A stretch of DNA of 10,064 nucleotides, from assembly GCF_050015995.1 (NCBI RefSeq), contig NZ_JBNHEP010000288.1, forward strand, positions 19,547 to 29,610. Direction: 5' to 3'. This document shows positions 1 to 7,345 of the stretch, piece by piece. The stretch is from Dapis sp. BLCC M229 (lineage in GTDB: Bacteria; Cyanobacteriota; Cyanobacteriia; Cyanobacteriales; Microcoleaceae). Made by a program: the position numbers and the translations under genes. The stretch's first letter is position 1. Every line of letters starts with the position of its first letter. The notes under the pieces are model-generated. The model was not told the origin of the DNA. It searched no databases and worked only from the letters and a program-made list of their open reading frames with translations.

Positions 1-55
1 ATACAACTATCAGGACTGTAATTTATCAAACTTCAAACATACCTGTTTTTCTCTG
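1..55. repeat. 55-bp direct repeat, copy 1 (window-truncated on the left); identical to 266-320
   Basis: Exact string atacaactatcaggactgtaatttatcaaacttcaaacatacctgtttttctctg occurs at 1-55 and 266-320. The flanks diverge immediately after position 55 and 320. A GAA-rich low-complexity tract (gaagaaggaagaaggaagaagaag) follows copy 1. Confidence 0.9.
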
Positions 56-265
56 AAGAAGGAAGAAGGAAGAAGAAGTAAAGTAGATTAGTCTATAGAT
101 TAATACCATTTTGATAAATGTTGACTACGAATCTTTATTCCCTATTTTCTATTCCCTAGTTAGAAGTTAGAAGAGTGAGAAATAGAACAGGAGAAAAAGA
201 TAAAATCTCAGCCATGATCATATTCACCATCTCCCAATATTTATAGCCGTTTTCATAAATATAGA

Positions 266-320
266 ATACAACTATCAGGACTGTAATTTATCAAACTTCA
301 AACATACCTGTTTTTCTCTG
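266..320. repeat. 55-bp direct repeat, copy 2
   Basis: Perfect 55/55 match to positions 1-55. Confidence 0.9.
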
Positions 321-800
321 TAGTCTACCTTTGTGAAAACCGCTATAAGTGCATAAATAAACCTCTCTTAAAATCCAAAATAAAATTAATTATTATTCAT
401 AAATTATCAATCTATTACCTCTTTTATAGAAATGTCTAATAGTTTCCAAATGAGTTCTATAGATACTCAAGATACTCAACAAAATAGTTGTCTGTTTTTT
501 TGATGAGATAGAATATAATTTATACCCTTCCTGGCTAAATAAAAGTATGATTTTACAGCAGTTAGGAGTCAGGACTCTCAGATTTATACTAAGTTACAAA
601 ACAATTAAACTATCAGTAATAAAGAAAGTACCAAAGAATATCCACTTAAAACAGAGAATAATGGTATAATTAGTCTGAAGCCACAACAGTATATTCATGT
701 TCTTGACAATAATACTGGTGTTACCAGACTAGAAATAGGTCCGCAAACTATTACTCTAGGAGATGCGGAAAGGTTAGTCTTACAACCAAGACCGACCATT

Positions 801-1280
801 GTGGTTCCACCTAGCTATTACTGTATAGTGGCTAATCCTGTATTAAGAGATAGTAATGGTCAACTGGTGGTAGATGAGTATGGTCAAATTAGACTTAGAT
901 ATGGCGATCGCGAAATTCGCTTTGCTCAAGACCCTTTCCCTTTATATCCAGGAGAAATACTCGAAGAAGATGTAACTCAACTACAGATAGTTGAGACAAA
1001 CCAAGCACTACGTCTCAAAGCAATACGAGATTTTACTGATACAGTCACCGTTGCAGGAGAGTCTCAAACCGTCATTCGTGCTACAGGGGATGAATGGTTA
1101 TTTGAGGGGCCGGGAACTTACACCCCAAGGGTAGAAGTTGAAGTCATAGATATAGTTACCGCTAAAATAATTAAACCTAACCAAGCCTTACGACTCCTGG
1201 CAAGACAAAATTGTATAGACCGTCAAGGTAACAGACGTAGAGCGGGGGAAAAATGGTTGGTCAGGGAAGAAGGTGACTAA
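801..1280 (+). pseudogene. MVP relic, N-terminal fragment (vault repeat domains R1-R2); ORF-track ORF with a GTG pseudo-start
   Basis: Contains HYC(I/T)VANPV, [9 protein letters not shown] and [11 protein letters not shown], which are signature motifs of MVP repeat domains. The reading frame actually continues upstream to 609 into MVP N-terminal sequence. One HIP1 site lies inside (904-911). Confidence 0.8.
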
Positions 1281-1369
1281 TATTGATATTCAGTCCGTGG
1301 AGCCAGTTGATGAGGAGACGTTGAAGAGTTTACAGAAGTCGGTACAACTAGCAATTCAAATTACTACTG

Positions 1370-1951
1370 ATGCTCAGGAAGCTGCTGCCTGCCCGTCGAG
1401 ATGCTGAAAGAATTGAACAGGAGGCTAAGGCGAGGTTGGACAGGCAGATAATTGTAGACAGGGGTGCTTCGGAAGTAGAGCGGAAACAATTATTGGAGTT
1501 AGAGGCGGAAAATGATGCTATTGAGGCGACGGGTATAGCTAGTGCTGAGGCTAGGGCGAAGGCAGAAGCGGCTCAGATTCAAGGCCAGTTAGCGGTGAAT
1601 TTGGCACAGCAGGAAGTAGAAGCAGCACGCATTTGCCATGAGGCGGAAATGGCTCAGTTGAGGGCGCGTCACGAGACTGAGTTAGCCCATCAGCAGACAC
1701 TGAATAATTTAGAGATTGAGAAGGCAAGGCAAATGGCTGAAATTACTGCCACTGAGTTTCAGCAAAAAGTGGAGGCTTTGGGGGCTGAGACAATTCAGGC
1801 GATCGCTCAAGCTGGCCCAGAAATGCAGGCCAGGTTGTTAGAGGGGCTTGGTCTTCAGAGTGTTTTGATTACTGATGGTAAGAGTCCGATTAATCTTTTT
1901 AGTACGGCTAATGGGTTGATTAATCCGAATAATGCCACAAATAAATTCTGA
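1370..1951 (+). pseudogene. MVP relic, C-terminal fragment (cap-helix coiled coil plus cap-ring). The ATG at 1370 is a fortuitous internal start created by the frameshift.
   Basis: The Ala/Glu/Gln-rich heptad region followed by GPEMQ...LITDG.SPINLF matches the MVP C-terminus. Upstream MVP-homologous sequence (QSVEPVD...[10 protein letters not shown]) is in a different frame (frame 1, 1273-1389). One HIP1 site lies inside (1799-1806). Confidence 0.8.
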
Positions 1952-2233
1952 TTCTTGATTTGTTGAAAATTTTTTGAAAGCAAGGGGTAGGAAGGAATTT
2001 TTTCTATTAAAAAACTATTGTCTATTCAGGCAAGTCTCTACTTTTTTCTCTCTTCCATATTGCCTGTTTCTTTGTAAGCATTTCTGTGCCGGAATGCTCC
2101 GCAAACAGCTATTAGCGGTCAGCTCTCATTTTTTTAATAAATGAAGTAAGCATTGTTTAAGACTTCTGAAGTTACCAGGGGAACTTTTAATTTATATTTA
2201 TAATTAGATTAAATCTGTCAATGCTAACTTCTG

Positions 2234-2385
2234 CTTTAAAGCAGGGCTATTTCATTCTAGAATAAACTGAGGATTTTACTAGCTTTTAGAGATTGGTTGA
2301 TATAACCTTCAACCCTTGAAAAGACATATTTTCTTTAAATGCAGAAAAAGTCATAAATTAGAACGAAATAGCCCTGGCTTTAAAG
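2234..2385. repeat. Nested 20-bp inverted repeat pair (2234-2253 and 2365-2385, one indel) bracketing about 110 bp; the left arm contains the 14-bp palindrome ctgctttaaagcag
   Basis: ctttaaagcagggctatttc compared with the reverse complement of gaaatagccctggctttaaag, which is ctttaaagccagggctatttc. Confidence 0.6.
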
Positions 2386-2451
2386 GGTATAACTTATTAG
2401 TTATTAAAATCGCTCTGAAAGCTAAAATCTGACGGCTGAATACTTACCGGA

Positions 2452-2490
2452 TAATTAATAATTAAATAATTAAATAATTAAATAATTAAA
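2452..2490. repeat. Microsatellite (TAATTAAA)n: four full copies plus a 7-bp partial copy
   Basis: taattaaa at 2459-2466, 2467-2474, 2475-2482 and 2483-2490, preceded by taattaa at 2452-2458. Confidence 0.9.
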
Positions 2491-2684
2491 CAGTTTAGGT
2501 TAAAAGCCTCCCCTTTGGATAGGGGAAAAAAGCGGTCGTTTGCGGAGCATTCCGTAGGATGGGATGGCGAGGTTTCCTCGCTAGCCTCCAATCTCCCCTT
2601 GAGAAATAAATTTTTTCCTTATTGGTCAATCCTCTCCCTTTTAGGGTAAGGTAATTATCCATTATCCATTAATGAAGTTTCTTT

Positions 2685-3023
2685 TTAAATTGTGGCTGAA
2701 TTATTCAGACTAATTTGATATACCATAACTGCTACAGCAGCAATACCAGTTAAAATCATTAACCCCGCAGGCATCATTTTACGGGTTTTAACTAAACGGA
2801 TAATAAATGTAATTACTAGAATAGTTGTTATAACTATAGAAAATATTAAACCCCAATATATTCCTATTAGCTGAATAATACCACTAATAATTAGTAGTAA
2901 ACCGCTGACACTACCAGATATTAAGGATATTTTGCTGCCTACTTTTGTATATCCAATAATGCCTCCAACAATTGCTAATATACCATAGGCGATCGCTGCT
3001 ATTATGCCGATATTTATAGTCAT
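2685..3023 (-). CDS. TMEM14 / UPF0136-family small membrane protein (four transmembrane helices)
   Basis: 112-aa ORF with four hydrophobic segments. The motifs GGIIGYTKVGSKISLISG and K(M)MPAGLMILTGIAAVAVMVY resemble the TMEM14 family signatures GGIIGYVKTGSVPSLAAG and KFMPAGLIAGASLLMV. A HIP1 site lies in the coding sequence (2990-2997). Confidence 0.7.
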   Translation of the reverse strand: MTINIGIIAAIAYGILAIVGGIIGYTKVGSKISLISGSVSGLLLIISGIIQLIGIYWGLIFSIVITTILVITFIIRLVKTRKMMPAGLMILTGIAAVAVMVYQISLNNSATI

Positions 3024-3424
3024 TATTATTAAATTCCAAAAACTAAAACTAACTTATACAGCTTATTTGTGGCAATAGCTAGCCAATTTATCAAAACTTA
3101 ATATTGCTTAAATAAGGCTTGCTGATTAACTGATAAAGCATTTACAGATAAAGGCTAAAGCCTTTATTATGTGAAAAAAGTGCAAGCTTTTCGGTCGTTT
3201 AACCTCAAAAAGTTAGCATTTTGAGCAGATAAAGGCCGAAAAATCAAGGGAGAATTATTCCTACTACCTCACTCTAGAATTCCTATTACTCCTAAATTAT
3301 GAATCAAAAGGTCCTCAGCTAATCTTAGTAATTGCTTCATTCTTTCCCAAGCTGATAATGCAGTTCCTCTGTAAGAGGCTAGCTGACTGCAAGTTAGCTG
3401 AATACTTAAAGATTAGATAAAAAG

Positions 3425-3454
3425 TCGGAAATGATTAGTTCGGAAATGATTAGT
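3425..3454. repeat. Tandem duplication of the 15-mer tcggaaatgattagt (two copies)
   Basis: Exact adjacent copies at 3425-3439 and 3440-3454 inside the long ORF-free intergenic region. Confidence 0.9.
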
Positions 3455-4052
3455 TCTGTTCTTTGTTCCCAAATTCCGAGAGATTTTATACACAACCAGA
3501 CTGAGGACTACTACAACAGTTTTTGAGATATTTCCCTATTCTCAGGCATATCTGAAGTCGTAAGCATTCAGTTATTAGCTAGCCTCTTACGAAGGAACTA
3601 CATTAACAGCAGTCAGCAATAACAATCAAGTCAGTTATTGGGTAATTAAGTCTAGACAATTTGTAGAGGTGACATAGCAGAGAACTTAGTTTATCCAATC
3701 TGCTTTTCCCTATACTTTTAATTCTTCTAACTTCACTTATCCTGATGCTAGTAACTGGTAGCTAATGACTGATAGCTGAATGTTTACCTTAAGTCAATGT
3801 AAAAAAACAGTAGTTTAGAACTATAAGATAGTAAAATTATAGCAATTCCCATACTGGTAAGGTACAAAATCTGTTTGTTTTAGGGAACAGGGAATAGGGA
3901 AAACTTAACTGGGAATAGAATAGAAATAAATATAGGTGTATCTTATTAGCCTGATAAACGCTATATCTCTATAATTACATGTTTATTTACTCAACAAAAT
4001 TAGTGAAAAAAATAGCCTGTGATTAATCAGTCTATCAAATAATTAATCAATT

Positions 4053-5360
4053 ATGTCTTGTTTAGATGCCCAAGTTATCGCCCAAATTCAAAACTTGCAA
4101 CAGCAAATAGCATCTCTTTTGTTATATCAGTCTGTTCTCAAAAAAACAGTGGGTGAAGCTTTTATCCTGCTCTTACAATCTTTGTCTAAAAATGATGGGA
4201 TGGGAATAGAATGTATTCGAGCTTATGGTAATTGGTTTAGAACTATTGCTAGTAAAAATATTTCCTGGCAAGAATATCTAATTTCTCAGATTATTCAAGA
4301 TGATAATCCCTTTAGTCAACAAGTTCAAAAAATAAATATTACCAGCCTATCTCCAAATTTAATCGCAGCAGCAAAACATGATTTGCAAGTTTTACAAAAT
4401 CTTTATCAGTGCAGTGGTACAACAATTAGTCAGTGGGTAAAAACAATAGCTAAATTAGAAAAACCTCCCATTGCTTGGGAACTAGAATCAGAAAAAAAAG
4501 AAGCTATATACGAAAAATTAAGAAATTTAGAAAATTGGTCAGATGCTATTGAGACCTTAGCCACTCACTATAGTTATTTTGGCACAGGTTTATTCCCTGA
4601 ATCAATTGCCTTTGAATGGCGCAATGGTCAACTATTAACTATTACCCATCACGATCCAGTTAAATTAAAAGAATTAATAGGATATGAATTCCAACGAGAC
4701 ACTTTAATCAAAAATACAGAATTTCTTCTATCAGGATATCCAGCACTTAATGTTTTACTTTATGGTAGTCGTGGTTCCGGGAAATCTTCCTTAGTAAAAG
4801 CTTTATTAAATGAATATAGTCAACGTAATCTGCGTTTAGTTGAAGTAGCTAAGTCTGACTTAAAAGATTTACCATTAATTGTGGAAAAATTACGGAATGT
4901 TCCACAAAAATTTATTATCTTTGTTGATGACCTTTCCTTTGAAGAAGATGATGATACTTTTAAAGCTTTAAAAGTTGTTTTAGAAGGTAATTTAACTGCT
5001 AGACCAGCAAATGTGGTAGTCTATGCTACATCAAATAGAAGGCATTTAATAAGAGAATTCTTTAACGATCGCCCTCGCCCAAAAGATAGTGATGAAGTGC
5101 ATAATTGGGATACAGTTCAAGAAAAGCTTTCTTTTAGCGATCGCTTTGGTTTAACCTTAACTTTTGAACCTGCTAACCAAGATACCTATTTAATAATTGT
5201 CAGGCATCTGGCAAAGCAAGAAAAAATCAATCTAAATCCTGAAGATTTAGACTATCAAGCCTTACAATGGGCAACTAGAAATAATGGTCGTTCTGGACGA
5301 ACGGCACGACAATTTATTGATTTTCTCAAAGCTAATTTAGCAGTTTTTGAGAAGTATTGA
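4053..5360 (+). CDS. AAA+ ATPase of the COG2607 / DUF815 family with an N-terminal extension of about 190 aa
   Basis: 435-aa ORF. The C-terminal roughly 250 aa carry Walker A (LLYGSRGSGKSSLVKALLNEY), Walker B (FIIFVDDLSFEEDD) and the family-typical block VVVYATSNRRHLIREF. The order (Walker A, then LRLVEV.K.DL..LP, then Walker B, then ATSNRRHL) matches DUF815 proteins as recalled. The Gln/Leu-rich N-terminal 190 aa have no recognisable match. A HIP1 site lies inside (5137-5144). Confidence 0.75.
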   Translation: MSCLDAQVIAQIQNLQQQIASLLLYQSVLKKTVGEAFILLLQSLSKNDGMGIECIRAYGNWFRTIASKNISWQEYLISQIIQDDNPFSQQVQKINITSLSPNLIAAAKHDLQVLQNLYQCSGTTISQWVKTIAKLEKPPIAWELESEKKEAIYEKLRNLENWSDAIETLATHYSYFGTGLFPESIAFEWRNGQLLTITHHDPVKLKELIGYEFQRDTLIKNTEFLLSGYPALNVLLYGSRGSGKSSLVKALLNEYSQRNLRLVEVAKSDLKDLPLIVEKLRNVPQKFIIFVDDLSFEEDDDTFKALKVVLEGNLTARPANVVVYATSNRRHLIREFFNDRPRPKDSDEVHNWDTVQEKLSFSDRFGLTLTFEPANQDTYLIIVRHLAKQEKINLNPEDLDYQALQWATRNNGRSGRTARQFIDFLKANLAVFEKY

Positions 5361-5548
5361 AGAAGATGATAGGTTGCAGGTGATAGGTTTGAGGTTCTCT
5401 TGAATAATAGTGGAGTTTTTCACTCAATTTTATAGATGTTACCTAAAATTTTCTCATCTATAACCTAGGACTTACAACCTATTTCCTAAAACCTAACACT
5501 TAAGGTTGCCGAAAAATCGGAGCCTAGTAACAGTAAAAAAATTACTAA

Positions 5549-5554
5549 TGAGGT
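5549..5554 (+). promoter_or_regulatory. Shine-Dalgarno (GAGG) for the TerB-like gene
   Basis: tgaggt lies 8 nt upstream of the ATG at 5562. Confidence 0.5.
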
Positions 5555-5561
5555 AACTAAA

Positions 5562-6008
5562 ATGGGTCTTTTTGAGCAAGGAACAGCAACAATACAAGCT
5601 ACTGATATTAAATTAGAACCTGCTGAAGCTTTTGCAGCTATCGCTTTAATTGCTGTAGCTGCTGATGGTATTATTACTGAAAGTGAAAAACAAGGTATTA
5701 GTAATATTTTCTCTCGCATGGAACTATTCTCTAATTATTCAGAAGAAGGTAAGAGAGAAATGTTAGATCGTCTCTTGGGTATGATTAAGAATAAAGAGAT
5801 TAAGCCTTTGTTTGATGCTGCAGTTATTAAACTTCCTCAAGAGTTAAAGGAAACAGTTTTTGCTGTTAGTACAGATTTGGTTTTAGTAGATGGAGATCTT
5901 GCTGAAGAGGAAGAACAACTTTTGAATGAATTGTATAATACTTTGGAAATTTCCGAAGCAGTAGCTAATAAGATTATTGATGTAATGATGATTAAAAATA
6001 AGGGTTAA
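5562..6008 (+). CDS. TerB-like (tellurite-resistance TerB / DjlA N-terminal domain family) small acidic protein
   Basis: 148 aa. It has two half-repeats of the TerB pattern, a hydrophobic helix ending in ADG or VDG followed by an acidic stretch (AIALIAVAADGIITESEKQGI and AVSTDLVLVDGDLAEEEEQLLNELY), and a good ribosome-binding site. Confidence 0.65.
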   Translation: MGLFEQGTATIQATDIKLEPAEAFAAIALIAVAADGIITESEKQGISNIFSRMELFSNYSEEGKREMLDRLLGMIKNKEIKPLFDAAVIKLPQELKETVFAVSTDLVLVDGDLAEEEEQLLNELYNTLEISEAVANKIIDVMMIKNKG

Positions 6009-6455
6009 TTTAACAAATCTGCGACTATAATTCAGGAGTCAAGAGGTAATAAGAAAGAAGAAGACTGTAGTTATAATTCAGGAATTCATAAAGGGTTTAA
6101 ATTTCCCGTGCTTATTGCCTTCTTCACTTCTGCTTTACTTCAAAAAATTAATTTTGATTGATATGCAATTAAAAATCCTAAATTTAAGATTTTAGTAATT
6201 GCTTATTTTTCCATGAAAGTTTTGGCTAAAGTTTAGAAATTCTATACTAAATCCACCTTAGTAAGAGGGGATTCAAAAAATTCAAAGCCTTTGCCTAGAT
6301 TAAGATTTGAGGATAGGATACTTGTATCCTTTAATAACTGGATTTGGTATTATTATTTCTGAGTTTGAAATCCTTTGTAATGGTTTGGAGACCAAACTCG
6401 TACTTCGTATTTTTCAAGATATTATGTATCCTCACCATTCGATTTAATTCTATCA

Positions 6456-6872
6456 ATGTCTTTTTACTATACAAGAATAGTTCATTTTCAGGATACTGAT
6501 GCTGCAGGTGTGGTTTATTTTGCTAATGTTTTAGCAATGTGCCATGAAGCTTATGAGACATCTTTAATAGCATTTGGTATTAATTTGAAGGTTTTTTTTA
6601 GTAATCAAGAAGTTGCTATTCCAATTATTCATGCTAGTGTTGATTTTCGTCGTCCGATGTTTTGTGGGGATGAGTTAAGTATTAAATTAATGCCTAAAGG
6701 TTGGGGAGATGATGAGTTTGAAATTTCTTATCAAGTCTTTTTAAAAGAAGTGGGAAAAATGTGGGTGGCTAGAGCTAATACGAAACACGTTTGTATTCAT
6801 CCTCAAACTAGAAGTAGGCAAAAATTATCTGATGAAATGAGGCGATGGTTATTGAGTTTTGGAAGTTCGTAG
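6456..6872 (+). CDS. Hotdog-fold 4-hydroxybenzoyl-CoA-thioesterase (4HBT) family protein; probably the 1,4-dihydroxy-2-naphthoyl-CoA hydrolase of phylloquinone biosynthesis (Slr0204 type)
   Basis: 138 aa. The N-terminal motif RIVHFQDTDAAGVVYFANVL carries the catalytic Asp of 4HBT-class thioesterases. The size is typical, and the gene sits next to menE (7966-9381). In cyanobacteria the DHNA-CoA thioesterase is a 4HBT-like hotdog protein that often clusters with men genes. Confidence 0.75.
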   Translation: MSFYYTRIVHFQDTDAAGVVYFANVLAMCHEAYETSLIAFGINLKVFFSNQEVAIPIIHASVDFRRPMFCGDELSIKLMPKGWGDDEFEISYQVFLKEVGKMWVARANTKHVCIHPQTRSRQKLSDEMRRWLLSFGSS

Positions 6873-6886
6873 TTAAGTAAAATTAG

Positions 6887-6891
6887 AGGAG
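6887..6891 (+). promoter_or_regulatory. Shine-Dalgarno (AGGAG) for the small ORF 6901-7131
   Basis: aggag lies 9 nt upstream of the ATG at 6901. Confidence 0.45.
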
Positions 6892-6900
6892 AATAGAATT

Positions 6901-7131
6901 ATGGATACATTGAAGCCTTTTTATGATTTGATAATAAATTCCTTGAAGATAGGATTTACAATATTTTTCTTTGTAGTTCGTTTAATTGCACCATTTGAGA
7001 ATAGATGTCTGATTTTTGCGATAATTGCAGCTATCATCATTTTTTTCCTTGCTACCGTTTTTTCTCCCTTTATCCAGAATATTCAGGGAACTGAAAATGC
7101 TATAGATATCAACTATGCTTCTTCGTATTGA
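6901..7131 (+). CDS. Hypothetical small hydrophobic (two-helix membrane) protein
   Basis: 76-aa ORF with a strong ribosome-binding site and two hydrophobic stretches (IGFTIFFFVVRLIAPF and LIFAIIAAIIIFFLATVF). It lies 28 bp downstream of the thioesterase gene on the same strand. No family was recognised. Confidence 0.4.
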   Translation: MDTLKPFYDLIINSLKIGFTIFFFVVRLIAPFENRCLIFAIIAAIIIFFLATVFSPFIQNIQGTENAIDINYASSY

Positions 7132-7345
7132 CTGGAGGATTTGCTTTAGGAAAAATATCACAGTGGATAACAAAAAGATTATTCATGTAAATCAAGTAAA
7201 ATTGAAAAATTTAATATAGATAAAGTCATAACAGACTAGATTTTTATATCAGTCAAGTTAAGTTATATTACTCTAATAATTTGATTGACATATGAGAAAA
7301 GTTTTTTGAGTTTTCAGGTTTCATAGTGGGAGAGTTAGAAGTTTA

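Larger units (their letters stand above)
609..1951 (+). pseudogene. Major vault protein (MVP) homolog, degraded relic. No in-frame start, out-of-frame internal deletion of roughly 430 codons, and a +1 frameshift.
   Basis: Frame 0, open from 609, reads ...GIISLKPQQYIHVLDNNTGVTRLEIGPQTITLGDAERLVLQPRPTIVVPPSYYCIVANPV...[21 protein letters not shown]...[23 protein letters not shown]...[28 protein letters not shown]. This is colinear with the metazoan MVP N-terminus and repeat domains R1-R2 (EFIIRIPPYHYIHVLD...VPPRHYCTVANPV...[21 protein letters not shown]...[23 protein letters not shown]...[28 protein letters not shown]). At about 1263-1275 the match jumps to frame 1: [39 protein letters not shown]. 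That corresponds to MVP VVSSVDVQSVEPVD...[20 protein letters not shown], the end of the shoulder domain. An extra T near 1390 then shifts to frame 2: [19 protein letters not shown]...LLELEA...[35 protein letters not shown]. That matches the MVP cap-helix and cap-ring (AKHEAQRLEQEARGRLERQ...[29 protein letters not shown]). No ATG, GTG or TTG lies in frame 0 between the stop at 606-608 and the conserved YIHVLD motif. Confidence 0.8.
2090..2554. repeat. MITE-like inverted-repeat element candidate: a 17-bp perfect terminal inverted repeat bounding a roughly 465-bp AT-rich non-coding segment
   Basis: cggaatgctccgcaaac at 2090-2106 is the exact reverse complement of gtttgcggagcattccg at 2538-2554. 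An AGCGGTC heptamer lies just inside both ends. The interior has no ORF and contains the nested inverted repeat and the microsatellite listed separately. No target-site duplication is evident. Confidence 0.4.

Noticed and set aside
52-80. GAA-rich tract gaagaaggaagaaggaagaagaag as a coding poly-Glu or poly-Lys segment
   Set aside because: No ORF spans it on either strand. It is treated as low-complexity non-coding sequence.
1370-1372. ATG at 1370 as a genuine start of an independent 193-aa gene
   Set aside because: The MVP-homologous translation continues upstream of this ATG in a different frame (1273-1389) and joins it through a 1-bp indel. The ATG is a by-product of the frameshift, not a real start.
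2507-2530. Hairpin tcccctttggatagggga followed by AAAAAA as a rho-independent terminator for the downstream minus-strand gene
   Set aside because: On the minus strand the T-run would precede the stem, and on the plus strand the stem is followed by A rather than T. Neither orientation gives the hairpin-then-U-tract order a terminator needs.
5486-5719. 77-aa minus-strand ORF from the six-frame track
   Set aside because: It lies antisense to and overlaps the TerB-like gene start. It has Ala, Ile and Ser-rich low-complexity composition typical of the reverse frame of a real gene, and no ribosome-binding site.
6982-7173. 63-aa minus-strand ORF
   Set aside because: Antisense overlap with the better-supported small plus-strand ORF 6901-7131, which has an AGGAG ribosome-binding site. 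It is Lys, Asn and Ser-rich with no motif.
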